A stretch of DNA of 64,000 nucleotides. Origin: an uncultured Holophaga sp. (GTDB taxonomy: Bacteria > Acidobacteriota > Holophagae > Holophagales > Holophagaceae). Of this stretch, positions 37,930 through 47,723 are shown in pieces. A program made the translations under genes and the position numbers. The stretch is taken from the NCBI GenBank assembly GCA_963677305.1, contig OY781925.1:2878783-2942782 (forward strand), written 5' to 3'. The notes beneath the pieces are model-generated. The model worked only from the letters and a program-made list of their open reading frames with translations. It did not search any database and was not told the DNA's origin. Each line of letters begins with the position of its first letter. Positions within the stretch are counted from its first letter, which is position 1.

Positions 37930-38775
37930 TCAGACCTCACGATCCCAGCGGATGAGGGCCCAGGCCCTGCCCCGGCTTCCCTCGATCCCCCAGCCCTGGC
38001 CCAGCGGCACCAGCCGGCGCTCCAGGAAGTCCTGGAGGCGCTGGTCCTCTTCGGGATTCAGATCCTCGATGAGCAGACGGTGGAAATCCAGGGCGTCCTC
38101 CCGGGAATCGAAGGTCCGGTCGTCCTGCAGGCGAACGATCTTCACATCGGCACAGATGCCCCGCTGGTGCAGGTAGTTATACACGTAGATGTAGTCCGCC
38201 CCCCGCCCCCGACGGCGCCCCACGGCATCCATCACATCCGCATCCAGGGGACCAGCTCCCGCCGGGCAGGAGAGCATCACCCGCTTCCGGGCGCAGCGCT
38301 CCAGCTTGTCGATGGCCACCTCCAGGTCCTCCACAATGAGGGAACGGGAAGCGAAGGCCGCATCGTGAACCCCGATGCCCAGGCTCTCCCAGTCGTCCTC
38401 CCAGCTCCCGTGGACCGCCCGCAGGTTGCTGAGCTCCTTCTCGATCGCCCCCTGGGAGAGACGCTGGATCATGACTTCCGAGAAGTCCATGCCCGTGACG
38501 GACTGCACCCTGGCGGCCAGAGGGTGGGCCAGGAGTCCCGGACCACAGCCCACGTCCAGCACCGACCACTGGGGATCGGGATCCAGGAAGGCCAGGAACT
38601 GATCCGCATAAGTGTTGGGGCGACTCTTGCGTGCGAAGGTGGGCGCCCGCTTGTTCCAGTAGTCCGAGCGCTCCCCGGAGCGGGCCCGTTCCCGGCGGTG
38701 GTTCTCCTTCCAGAGGGCGTTCCAGTCGGGGAGGGAACCGGTCGGGCAGTTGGCATCATCATTCATGGCGAGCAC
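37930..38775 (-). CDS. Class I SAM-dependent methyltransferase
   Basis: 281 aa, motif I VLDVGCGPGLLAHPLA, Rossmann-like pattern. Confidence 0.7.
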   Translation of the reverse strand: MLAMNDDANCPTGSLPDWNALWKENHRRERARSGERSDYWNKRAPTFARKSRPNTYADQFLAFLDPDPQWSVLDVGCGPGLLAHPLAARVQSVTGMDFSEVMIQRLSQGAIEKELSNLRAVHGSWEDDWESLGIGVHDAAFASRSLIVEDLEVAIDKLERCARKRVMLSCPAGAGPLDADVMDAVGRRRGRGADYIYVYNYLHQRGICADVKIVRLQDDRTFDSREDALDFHRLLIEDLNPEEDQRLQDFLERRLVPLGQGWGIEGSRGRAWALIRWDREV

Positions 38776-38870
38776 CTCAGGGGACGGGAGCCGACAGCCC
38801 GTCGACTACGTTATAAGAAAAATCATATAACGGTCCTCTCCCCGCAGCCACACCCCTGGCCCCAGAGCCC

Positions 38871-39305
38871 TCACTCCCCGATGATCTTGATGAGGATGCG
38901 CTTGTCCCGGCGCCCGTCGAACTCCCCGTAGAAGATCTGCTCCCAGGTGCCGAAGTCCAGACGGCCCGCCGTGACGGCCACCACCACCTCCCGGCCCATG
39001 AGCTGGCGCTTGTGGTGGGCGTCTCCGTTGTCCTCGCCGCTGCGGTTGTGGAGATAGCCTCCCTGTGCGGGGTCGGCGGAGGCATTGAAAGGGGCCAGTT
39101 GCTCCAGCCAGCGGGCGTAGTCCTGGTGCAAGCCCCCCTCATCGTCGTTGATGAAGATCGAAGAGGTGATGTGCATGGAATTCACCAGACAGAGCCCCTC
39201 CCGGATGCCGCTGGAGTGCAGGGCCCGCTCCACCTCGGGGGTGATGTTGCGGAAACCCATGCGGTCGGGCATGTGGAGGGTGAGGACCTGGCGGTGGGAT
39301 TTCAT
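38871..39305 (-). CDS. YjbQ/UPF0047 family protein (secondary thiamine-phosphate synthase-like)
   Basis: 144 aa, [27 protein letters not shown]...[22 protein letters not shown] matches YjbQ. Confidence 0.75.
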   Translation of the reverse strand: MKSHRQVLTLHMPDRMGFRNITPEVERALHSSGIREGLCLVNSMHITSSIFINDDEGGLHQDYARWLEQLAPFNASADPAQGGYLHNRSGEDNGDAHHKRQLMGREVVVAVTAGRLDFGTWEQIFYGEFDGRRDKRILIKIIGE

Positions 39306-39500
39306 GGGGCGCTCCTGGTGCCGAGTCTACCGCTGACCCGGCACCCCCCTGGAAGAAGACCTGTCCGCCGATGAAAGGGATGCACGCAGATGGGGCACGA
39401 CCCATCCAGGGGTACCTGGGGGCAGGCACCCCAAGCCTCACTTACCCCCCGCCCCATTGGCGTCCTTGGCGTCCATCGGCGGACAAGAGTGCTCTACGGC

Positions 39501-40955
39501 TCAGCGGCTGCCGAACTCGTACCGGAACCGCGCCCCCTCCTCCGGCACGAACTGCAGGGTCCGCTGCACGCAACCCGGGATGTCCTCGGCGTGGTGGGAC
39601 ACGAAGAGCAGGGTGCTGGAGCTGCCCTCAAGGATGCGGTCGATGAAACGCAGCACCAGAAGCCGGTTCAGGGGGTCCAGGCCCTGGAGGGGCTCATCGA
39701 GGATGAGGAGGGGCGGGTGCTTCACCAGACCCCGCACGATGAGCAGCAGGCGCTGCTGGCCGTAGGAGAGCTTCAGGAAGCTGGTGGAGGCGTAATTCCC
39801 CATGCCGATGAGCTGGAGCCACTGGTGAGCCAGGGCCACTTCCTTGTCTCCGGGCGTCTCATAGAGCCCGATGGAGTCGTGGAAGCCCGAGAGGACCACC
39901 GAGAGCACGGAGCAGCCCACCCGGTAGGACTGGTGCAGGGCTGGGCTCACGATGCCCATGCGCTTCTTTAGGTCCCAGATGCTCTCGCCGCTGCCCCGCT
40001 GAATGCCGAAGACCTGGATGTCATTGGCGTAGCACTGGGGGTTGTCCCCGGTGATGAGGTTCAGCAGCGTGGATTTCCCGCAGCCGTTGGGGCCGGAAAT
40101 ATGCCAGTGCTCCTGGGGCCTGATCTCCCAGTCGAGCCCGCTGAGCACCTGGTGATCACCATAGTGCACGCTGATGTTCCTCAGGCGGGCGATGCTCGGG
40201 AAGCTCTCCACCTGACCATGCAAGGGGCCGGGCAGCTCCACGGACTGGGGCAGCTCCGATTCCGCATGGAGGAGCTGCTGGTTCAAGGGGTCCGCAAGGA
40301 AGGCGGCGGGCGCCTGGGTGCGTTCCAGGTGGCAGTCCAGCAGCCAGCCGATCTGGGTGGCGGTGGAGGGGATCTCCTCGATGCGGTTGACGATGAGGAC
40401 GATGGCCATGTCCCGGTGGTGCAGACCCTCCAGATAGCCCGTCAGGAACTGCCGGGCCTGGATATCCAGGCCATCGAAGGGCTCATCCAGGATCAGCAGA
40501 TCCGGCCGACTCAGCAGGGCCTGGACCAGGAGCAGCTTGCGGCCCTCGCCACTGGAGAGCTCTGTGATGGTGCTGCCCATCAGGTGCCCGATGCCGAACT
40601 CCCGGGCCATGGCCTCCATCTCAGCAGCGGAGGCCTGGGACTGGGCGATGAAGTCAGCCACCGTGGTGGAAAGGGACTCGTCATCGCTGATGTAGTCCGT
40701 GTTGCAGCGCTGCCACTCCTCATCGAAGAGCTTGAGCTGGCGCTCGAAGGAGACCAGCAGGACCGAGCGGAAGTCGCTGCGGACCTCGCCCCCCCGGCAC
40801 TGAGTGGGGTCCTTGAGCAGGTTGGCGAAGGAGGTCTTGCCGCTGCCATTGGAGCCCACAATGGCCAGGAAGTCGTTTTTTGCGATCCTGAGGTCTGAAA
40901 CAGTCAGCGCATGAGTCTTGCCGATGGAAAAAACGGCCTGGTGCAAATGGAGCAT
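39501..40955 (-). CDS. ABC transporter ATP-binding protein with duplicated ATPase cassettes (ModF-like), no adjacent permease
   Basis: Start at MLHLHQ (ATG 40955). Two Walker A sites (GSNGSGKTS, GPNGCGKST), two signature motifs (LSSGEGRK, LSYGQQR), two Walker B sites (LLILDEP twice). Confidence 0.75.
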   Translation of the reverse strand: MLHLHQAVFSIGKTHALTVSDLRIAKNDFLAIVGSNGSGKTSFANLLKDPTQCRGGEVRSDFRSVLLVSFERQLKLFDEEWQRCNTDYISDDESLSTTVADFIAQSQASAAEMEAMAREFGIGHLMGSTITELSSGEGRKLLLVQALLSRPDLLILDEPFDGLDIQARQFLTGYLEGLHHRDMAIVLIVNRIEEIPSTATQIGWLLDCHLERTQAPAAFLADPLNQQLLHAESELPQSVELPGPLHGQVESFPSIARLRNISVHYGDHQVLSGLDWEIRPQEHWHISGPNGCGKSTLLNLITGDNPQCYANDIQVFGIQRGSGESIWDLKKRMGIVSPALHQSYRVGCSVLSVVLSGFHDSIGLYETPGDKEVALAHQWLQLIGMGNYASTSFLKLSYGQQRLLLIVRGLVKHPPLLILDEPLQGLDPLNRLLVLRFIDRILEGSSSTLLFVSHHAEDIPGCVQRTLQFVPEEGARFRYEFGSR

Positions 40956-41089
40956 GAAAGGAAAACCTCTACTGTTCACGGAAAGGGGTGAGTATCGGCG
41001 CTGTCCTCGCCGCTGCCGTGAAAGACCAGGACCTGGCGGCGGGATTTCATGGCGAGCCCCTGCGCCAGGATAACCTGGGGAGGGATACC

Positions 41090-42541
41090 TCAATGGGGGA
41101 CGGGACCGAAAACCTCCCGGGGATCCGCCACCGCCTCGCCCCTGGACGGCCCGCGTTCCTCCACCAACCGGAGCAGGGACCGGACCAGACCTCTCTCCCG
41201 TGCGCCCCGCTGCCGCAGGTTCCGAAGACTCCGGGCGGCCAGCTCACTCTGTGCCTTGGAGCAGTCCGCGTCAGCCGCCAGGTGCTGGTAGGCCAGCAGC
41301 TCCAGGGCCACGCGGGGCAGCTCCTGACGCACCTTCTCAACCAACTGGGTCTCCGCCTCGGACAGGCTGGCCCCTGCACAGGCCTTCAGTCCGTAAAGAC
41401 TCCCGAGCCAGCATCGCCCCGGCCTGCCGAAGGCGCCAGGTTGGAGAGGCGGAAGGACCTCGACCACCAGCACCGGGGTCCCGGCAATCGGAAAGTCATC
41501 GGAGAAGACCTCGAAGATCAGCGCCCCGTCTGATCGTGTCCGAAGCCCAGCCAGCAGCCTGCCAAAAGGAAGGAAGAGCTCCCGCCCCAAGGCAGCGGCC
41601 TGGAGACTCTTCCAGGTTCCGCCATCCACCGCAGGTTCCACAAGGCTCCTCCGGACCGGGACCCGGAAGGTTTCGAGGAAGGACCGGGCCTGATCGATCC
41701 CCACCACTACGTTGAGACCGGGACCCTGGGTGTAGGCGGCATGATAGACCCCAACCAGTTCGTACTGGCCGGTGATGCGGGAGACAGCCAGCACCGGGGA
41801 ACCCGAGTTCCCTGAGGAGAGCTGGGCGTCCACCACGAAGTCCATATGGTCCCAGTCTCCGTAGGTGTCGTGATCCTCGGTGGTGATCACCTTGCCGGTG
41901 CAGGTGGCCTTGAAGGCCCCCAGGGGAAAGCCCCTGACCTCCACCACATCCCTGGGCCGCAGAGCCCGGCTGTGCCCGATCGGGAAAGGCAGAACGTGAA
42001 GGACTGTGTTGGCCTTCAGGATCGCCAGATCCAGGGTGTGATCGGAGGCCACCCGGGTCAGCGGGATATCGTCAGGCCCAAAGGTATCGCTCTCTCCATC
42101 CACGATGCGGAGGGAATCCGAGACGAGTTTCCATCCGGGGGGTACCCCTTCCACCGGATGTTCCTCCGTCGTGACCTGGGGCCACTGGGCGACATGGTCG
42201 TTGGTGACCAGGAAGGTCCCCCGCCGGTCCCTCCGGAGTCCGAAGGCCGTGCCGTGAGCGATGGCGATCCTCCTGCTGGTCTCAATCGAGCCGTCAGAGG
42301 CGTACGAAAGGCCTTCGTAGGTCGCCTGACTGCGCACGCAATAGCAGAAGGCCGTCTGCCCGCCCTCACCCTGCCTGCGAGCACTGGCGGAAAGAGCCGA
42401 GAAGTCCTCGGCATAGCGCCCCCCAGCATGGACTGGCTTCTCCCCCGCCCTGGCCCGGAGGCTCCCGGCCATGGCCATCCCCCCCGCCACCAGGAGCGCA
42501 ACCAGCCCACACCTGCTCCCCCAGCCTGACACCATGCCCAT
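41090..42541 (-). CDS. Secreted trypsin-like serine protease (S1 family, Trypsin_2-like)
   Basis: 483 aa, signal peptide, catalytic Ser motif LSSGNSGSPVL, His region FLVTNDHVA. Long C-terminal extension of unknown function. Confidence 0.7.
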   Translation of the reverse strand: MGMVSGWGSRCGLVALLVAGGMAMAGSLRARAGEKPVHAGGRYAEDFSALSASARRQGEGGQTAFCYCVRSQATYEGLSYASDGSIETSRRIAIAHGTAFGLRRDRRGTFLVTNDHVAQWPQVTTEEHPVEGVPPGWKLVSDSLRIVDGESDTFGPDDIPLTRVASDHTLDLAILKANTVLHVLPFPIGHSRALRPRDVVEVRGFPLGAFKATCTGKVITTEDHDTYGDWDHMDFVVDAQLSSGNSGSPVLAVSRITGQYELVGVYHAAYTQGPGLNVVVGIDQARSFLETFRVPVRRSLVEPAVDGGTWKSLQAAALGRELFLPFGRLLAGLRTRSDGALIFEVFSDDFPIAGTPVLVVEVLPPLQPGAFGRPGRCWLGSLYGLKACAGASLSEAETQLVEKVRQELPRVALELLAYQHLAADADCSKAQSELAARSLRNLRQRGARERGLVRSLLRLVEERGPSRGEAVADPREVFGPVPH

Positions 42542-42566
42542 CCCCCTTCCAGGTACCCGGCCCAGG

Positions 42567-42935
42567 TCAGAACCCCACCCCTACCAGGGTGTAACTCCGG
42601 GTGGCCGCATTGGCATTGGAGCCCACGGTATTGGGGTCCATCCAGGCGGGGACCATGGCCCAGCCCCCATTCGCGGGAAGCTCGCCGGGGTTGACCCTCA
42701 GGCGGCCCCCGAAGAGGTCCAGTCGCTCCAGCCGTGGAGCCAGGGGCACCGCGGCCTCATCCTCGACCACCACCACGGCGCTCCCCATTTCCCTCATGGC
42801 CAACCTCACGGCAGAGGCGGCTGAAAAGGTGGTCCGCGGCGTCGAAGCGCCCTTCAGGGCAGGCGCCTGGGGGCCGCAGACGCGCACCTGGGCGGGGGGA
42901 GGAGGAGGCAGGAGGGCAAGCATCGGAGGACCCAT
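42567..42935 (-). CDS. Hypothetical small protein
   Basis: 122 aa, possible signal peptide (MLALLPPPPPAQVRVC). Composition only marginally protein-like. Confidence 0.25.
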   Translation of the reverse strand: MGPPMLALLPPPPPAQVRVCGPQAPALKGASTPRTTFSAASAVRLAMREMGSAVVVVEDEAAVPLAPRLERLDLFGGRLRVNPGELPANGGWAMVPAWMDPNTVGSNANAATRSYTLVGVGF

Positions 42936-42993
42936 TCTGACGGGGTGAACCGCCGTATCCTTGGATGACGCAAAAAGCTAACAGGTTCCAGGC

Positions 42994-43524
42994 TCAGGCT
43001 TTTCCGATGCGAAATCCGACCGGGATCAGCTGGATGAGATCGGCCAGATCATCCCGGTTTCCGGGATCCACAGCGAGGACCTGGACCTTGGGGTGGGCCC
43101 GCACCCGGTCCAGGAAAGGATGGGCCCTGGGCTTGATGACCCCGAAGACCGGCAGGTCCCCGTCCAGGCGGCGCAGTACCGCCTCCTGGAAGGCCAGGGC
43201 TCCGGACTCCATGAAGCCGAGCTCGTCCATGACACAGATGGCCTCCTGCGGGAGCGGGCGATCCAGGAGCGGCGCCCCCACCTCATCGAAGACCTCCGGA
43301 TAGGCCTCAAAGCCCGGGCGCTCGCCACCCCGGATGGCCACCCGGTGGGCGCCGACCTCCACCCCCACCCCCCGGAGGCAGACATCCGAAGTGCCATCTT
43401 CCCGGCGGGGCGTCCCGAAGGTCCGGAAGCCCCCCAGGGGCCGGCCCAGGCGGGCCAGCACCCGGTCCAGCAGGGTGGACTTGCCCACCTGGATGGACCC
43501 GGTGAGGAAGAGGTGAAAGGTCAC
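42994..43524 (-). CDS. Small P-loop NTPase (THEP1/NTPase_1-like)
   Basis: 176 aa, Walker A LTGSIQVGKSTLLDRV, Walker B-like ICVMDELG. ATGA overlap with the miaB start. Confidence 0.6.
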   Translation of the reverse strand: MTFHLFLTGSIQVGKSTLLDRVLARLGRPLGGFRTFGTPRREDGTSDVCLRGVGVEVGAHRVAIRGGERPGFEAYPEVFDEVGAPLLDRPLPQEAICVMDELGFMESGALAFQEAVLRRLDGDLPVFGVIKPRAHPFLDRVRAHPKVQVLAVDPGNRDDLADLIQLIPVGFRIGKA

Positions 43525-44825
43525 GCCAGCTCACCCACCAGGAAGTGGGGGCCGGCGGAGGTGATGCGGACCTTCACCGTCTGCCCGAAGGGGAGCAGCG
43601 CTTCGGGCACCGCCTTGAGGCGCACATTGCGCCAGTGTCCGGTGCGGGCCATCCAGTGCCCCTGTTCCACGGGGCCATGGCTCTCGATACGGGCCTCCAG
43701 GATCCGGCCCACATGGGCCAGGTTGCTGGCCAGGGTGATCTCGGTCTGCCGAGCCTGGAGCCGGGTGAGCCGCTCGGACTTCACGGCCATGGGCACCCCG
43801 TCCTCCATGCGGGTGGCCGGGGTGCCGGGCCGGGGGCTGTAGATGAAGCTGAAGGAGGCGTCGTATTTCACCGTCTCCAGCACCCGCATGGTGCCCTCGA
43901 AGTCCTCGTCGGTCTCGCCGGGGAAGCCCACGATGAAGTCGGTGGAAAGCGAGAAACGCTCCCGCCCCTCACCCAGGAAGCCCAACCGCTCCAGGTATTC
44001 CTCCACGGTGTAGCCCCGGCCCATGCGCTTCAGGACCGCATCGCTGCCACTCTGCACCGGCAGGTGGAGGAAGGGGGCGATCTTGGGATTCGACACCAGG
44101 GTCCGGGCCAGTTCCTGCGTGAAGTTCATGGGGTGGCTGGTGGTGAAGCGGATCCACTCCAGCCCGTCGATCCCGGCGGCCCGGTCCAGGAGCTCCGCGA
44201 AGCTGCACCCCCCCTGGTAGCTGTTGACGTTCTGGCCCAGGAACTCGATCTCCCGGTAGCCATCCTTCACCAGCTGGCGAACCTCGACCAGGATGTCGGC
44301 CACCGGACGGTGCCGCTCGGGCCCCCGGGTGGTGGGCACGATGCAGTAGGTGCAGTGGTGGTTGCAGCCCTCGATGATGCTCACCAGAGCCTTGGCGGTG
44401 TCCCGGCGAAGGGTCACTTCGGGGGGGAAGAGGTGGTTGTCGGGGTACTGGGTGGTGTCGATGACCCGGCCATGGCGGGCCCGGACCTCCTCCACCAGTC
44501 GGGGGAGCTGCTGGATGGCCATGGTGCCCAGCACAAAGTCGATGTGCGGAGCCCGCTTGAAGAGGGCCTCCTGCTCCTGCTGGGCCAGACAGCCCGCCAC
44601 GCCGATGACCAGGGGCCGCTCCAGCTTGAGCTCCCGGAGCCGCCCCAGCTCAGAGTAGACCTTGTGAACGGCCTTCTCACGGATGGAGCAGGTGTTGAGG
44701 ATCACCAGATCGGCCTCTTCCAGGGATCCAGCCTGGGTGAAGCCCTCCCGGGCGAGCATGCCCGACAGCTTCTCGCTGTCGTGGTCGTTCATCTGGCAGC
44801 CCCAGGTCGCGACAAAGAATTTCAT
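43521..44825 (-). CDS. miaB: MiaB-family radical-SAM methylthiotransferase (tRNA-i6A37 methylthiotransferase)
   Basis: Start at MKFFVATWGCQMN. N-terminal MTTase Cys motif, radical-SAM CNHHCTYC, C-terminal TRAM domain. Confidence 0.8.
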   Translation of the reverse strand: MKFFVATWGCQMNDHDSEKLSGMLAREGFTQAGSLEEADLVILNTCSIREKAVHKVYSELGRLRELKLERPLVIGVAGCLAQQEQEALFKRAPHIDFVLGTMAIQQLPRLVEEVRARHGRVIDTTQYPDNHLFPPEVTLRRDTAKALVSIIEGCNHHCTYCIVPTTRGPERHRPVADILVEVRQLVKDGYREIEFLGQNVNSYQGGCSFAELLDRAAGIDGLEWIRFTTSHPMNFTQELARTLVSNPKIAPFLHLPVQSGSDAVLKRMGRGYTVEEYLERLGFLGEGRERFSLSTDFIVGFPGETDEDFEGTMRVLETVKYDASFSFIYSPRPGTPATRMEDGVPMAVKSERLTRLQARQTEITLASNLAHVGRILEARIESHGPVEQGHWMARTGHWRNVRLKAVPEALLPFGQTVKVRITSAGPHFLVGELA

Positions 44826-44849
44826 ATTTTGCGTATCCAATCCTGATCA

Positions 44850-45848
44850 ATGCCCCTGGGGCAACTCGTCATTGTAGATCGACTGGATCCGACACACACT
44901 CAGCGCATGCAGAGACTCGCCGTCCTCCACCCCCACCACGCCCGCTGGGTGGACGCCCTCCGGAAGGCAGAGCCGCGCCTGGAGATCCGGGGATGGCATC
45001 CCCAGGCAGAGGATCTGGACCAGGCATGGCTTGCAAGCTGCGGTGCCCTGCTGGCCTGGCAGGTCCCCATGGGATTCCTGCGCCACATGCCCGCCCTCCG
45101 CTGGGTGCAGAACACAGGGGCGGGCATGGACCATCTGGTCGCCCACCCGGAGCTCCACCCGGATGTAGTCCTCACCCGGGCCGATGGCCAGTTCGGCCTG
45201 CGGATGTCCCGCTATGTGGCCGCCCACCTGCTGGCCGAGGCCCAGGCCCTGGACCGCCTCCGGGAAGCCCAGTCCCGGGCTTGCTGGGACAGTCACATCC
45301 AGGCAGAGGACCTGCAGGGCGCCCGGGCCCTGGTGCTGGGTTTCGGGAGGATCGGCCGCCAGATCGGCGAACTGCTCCGCCTCCTGGGTATGGAGGTGAC
45401 GGGGCTGGTCAGGACCCCCAGGGCGGACCCGGACTTCCCCCTGAAGGGCACCGCTGAGCTTCCGGACCTGCTGCCCGGCGCCCGGCTCCTGGTGCTGGCA
45501 GCCCCTCTGACCCCAGAAACCCGGGGCTTGGTGGACCGCCACCTGCTGGCCCACGGCCACGGACGCCTCACCCTCATCAATGTGGGCCGCGGGCCTCAGG
45601 TCGTGATCCCCGACATGCTGGAGGCCCTGGAGCAGGGGAGATTGGGTCGAGCAGTCCTGGATGTGCTGCCCGAAGAACCCCTGGCCCAGGACTCCCCCCT
45701 CTGGAAGCACCCCAAGGTCGTCATCACCCCCCACCACGCCGGCCCCTCCACCCTGGCCGCCGTCATCCCCGATATCCTCCCCAACCTGCGCCGTTACGCA
45801 GAGGGGCGGCCACTGGAAGGGGCAGTGGACCGGGCCAGGGGCTACTAG
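44850..45848 (+). CDS. D-isomer-specific 2-hydroxyacid dehydrogenase family protein
   Basis: 332 aa, NAD-binding LGFGRIGRQIGELLRLLGMEV, catalytic region LINVGRG...VLDV...HHAG. Confidence 0.75.
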   Translation: MPLGQLVIVDRLDPTHTQRMQRLAVLHPHHARWVDALRKAEPRLEIRGWHPQAEDLDQAWLASCGALLAWQVPMGFLRHMPALRWVQNTGAGMDHLVAHPELHPDVVLTRADGQFGLRMSRYVAAHLLAEAQALDRLREAQSRACWDSHIQAEDLQGARALVLGFGRIGRQIGELLRLLGMEVTGLVRTPRADPDFPLKGTAELPDLLPGARLLVLAAPLTPETRGLVDRHLLAHGHGRLTLINVGRGPQVVIPDMLEALEQGRLGRAVLDVLPEEPLAQDSPLWKHPKVVITPHHAGPSTLAAVIPDILPNLRRYAEGRPLEGAVDRARGY

Positions 45849-45871
45849 GACACGATAAACTTCTCTTCAGA

Positions 45872-47029
45872 GTGGGGAAGAGGATGGGCAGGGTTCCGGG
45901 ACATGGCAAGGGATGCTTCCTGCGGGGGAGCCTCCTGATCCTTGGCCTGGTCGGCATCGCCTGCCACCGCGAGGACCCCCGCATCAGAGAGCTGACCACC
46001 CAGGCCTCCCAGTCCGACGAAGCAGCCCAGCAGCTCCGCCGAGCCTGGATGGCCCAGCTCACGCGGCTGCCTGCCCTCGCCAGACACCTGCCCCACCAGA
46101 CCGCCCCGCTCACCATCCCTTTCACCCCTGAGCAGATCCGCTTCCTCCAGGCCCGCATCAACGCCGAACGGGATGTCTCCTCCAGGGCCCTCATCCAGGA
46201 GGCTCTGGTCCAGGATGAGCTGATCCGCAAGCTGGGGGGACGCCTCGAGGAGCTGAAGAAGGCACTTCCGGCTCCGGATGAGGTCCAGCCCGATGACAGC
46301 CACTACGGCCTGGCCATGCGCTTCCTCCGGGCCAAGGGCATCCCGGATGACCGGGCCAGGCGGATGCTCAGCCGCATTGCGCTCCTGGACCGCCTGGCCC
46401 CGGGCTTCCTGGTCTATCACTTCATGGTGGGGGACACCTACGCAACCTGGGTGGCCCAGGGCAGTGCATCCTGCACCCCCGCAGAGCTCAACCAGCCGGG
46501 AGGCCTGGACCGGCTGAAGTCCGCCCGGGACCGGACCCTCGTCCATGGTGGCCAGCTCAGCCAGGAGCTCCGGGGCCTTCAGGCCCAGAAGCGTGCCCTG
46601 GAGCTGGAGGTATCGGAGCTGCAGCTCCAGCGGGAGAGCTTCAGCGAAGCCCAGGAGAGCCTCCAGAGCGAGAAGAGTGCCAACAACAGGGAGTTGAACT
46701 CCCTGCACTATCTCATGGGCCGCAAGGACACCCTGGAGCGGGAGGGCATCATCTCCATGCCCCTGCTCGGTCGCAGCCAGGCCGGACCCAACTGGCGGGA
46801 CGCCCTCTTCACCCGGCATCTGGACCTCCGGCGCACCCGCACCCTGCAGCTCCGGGCCAGCGATCTGGGCCTTCCCCGGATCGGAAGGGTCGAGGTGGTT
46901 CCCGGCTCCTACCTGGAGAAGGTCCACTACCGCATCCTCTTCAGTCCGGATCGCCAGAGTGCCACCGTGGAACTCCTGGTGCCGGCACGCTTCATGAATG
47001 ACAAGGTGGTGTTTGCGGTCTCCAGGTAG
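45872..47029 (+). CDS. Hypothetical lipoprotein with coiled-coil region
   Basis: Lipobox LILGLVGIAC. Middle section has heptad-like repeats (LRGLQAQKRALELEVSELQLQRESFSEAQESLQSEK). Confidence 0.5.
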   Translation: MGKRMGRVPGHGKGCFLRGSLLILGLVGIACHREDPRIRELTTQASQSDEAAQQLRRAWMAQLTRLPALARHLPHQTAPLTIPFTPEQIRFLQARINAERDVSSRALIQEALVQDELIRKLGGRLEELKKALPAPDEVQPDDSHYGLAMRFLRAKGIPDDRARRMLSRIALLDRLAPGFLVYHFMVGDTYATWVAQGSASCTPAELNQPGGLDRLKSARDRTLVHGGQLSQELRGLQAQKRALELEVSELQLQRESFSEAQESLQSEKSANNRELNSLHYLMGRKDTLEREGIISMPLLGRSQAGPNWRDALFTRHLDLRRTRTLQLRASDLGLPRIGRVEVVPGSYLEKVHYRILFSPDRQSATVELLVPARFMNDKVVFAVSR

Positions 47030-47064
47030 GAGCCCTTATCCTGAACGATCAGGGAGGGGCCCCT

Positions 47065-47637
47065 TTGCCATCCATCTTCGGACATGCCGTGGCGGGCTAT
47101 GCCATCGGAACGGCCTTCAGCCCTGACCGCCCCGGACGGCGCACCCGAATCCTGGCCGTCATCTGCGCCATGGCTCCCGATCTGGACTGGTTCACCGGGT
47201 TCCTGGATCCCGAGGACCACCTCGGGCTCTCCCACCGGGGGTTCCCGCACTCCCTTCTGGCCGCTGGCCTCATCACCCTTCTGGCCATGGTCCTGGGGCG
47301 CCGGAACCAGCTGAGACACCTGAAGACCTGGCTCTGCCTGGGTACAGCCACCTTCTCCCATGGCCTCCTGGACGCCTTCACCTTCGGAGGCACCGGAGTG
47401 GCCTTCCTGGCCCCCTTCTCCAAGGCCCGTTTCGTGGCCGCCTGGCAACCCATCTTCGTCTCCCCCATCCCCCTCTCCGGAGGTCTCCGGGACTGGCTGT
47501 TCTTCTCCCTGGGCACCGAGCTCCTCTTCATCGGCGGCCCCGCCCTTGTGATCATCCTGCTCGCCCGGCGCCTGGCCCGGACCCGCCAGCAGCGGAGCAC
47601 CTCAACCCCGGACCTGTCCGCGGAGATGCCCGACTGA
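47065..47637 (+). CDS. Membrane-bound metal-dependent hydrolase (DUF457/YdjM-like)
   Basis: 190 aa, MPSIFGHAVAGYAIG...HRGFPHSLL...FSHGLLDAFTFGG, characteristic of this family. Confidence 0.6.
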   Translation: MPSIFGHAVAGYAIGTAFSPDRPGRRTRILAVICAMAPDLDWFTGFLDPEDHLGLSHRGFPHSLLAAGLITLLAMVLGRRNQLRHLKTWLCLGTATFSHGLLDAFTFGGTGVAFLAPFSKARFVAAWQPIFVSPIPLSGGLRDWLFFSLGTELLFIGGPALVIILLARRLARTRQQRSTSTPDLSAEMPD

Positions 47638-47723
47638 CCCTCCAGTCCAGGCGATACCCCTGAAAGGGGTCGTGCCTGCTATCATTCGATTTCAACAACC
47701 GTTGAATCACAAGTGAGGCCGGG

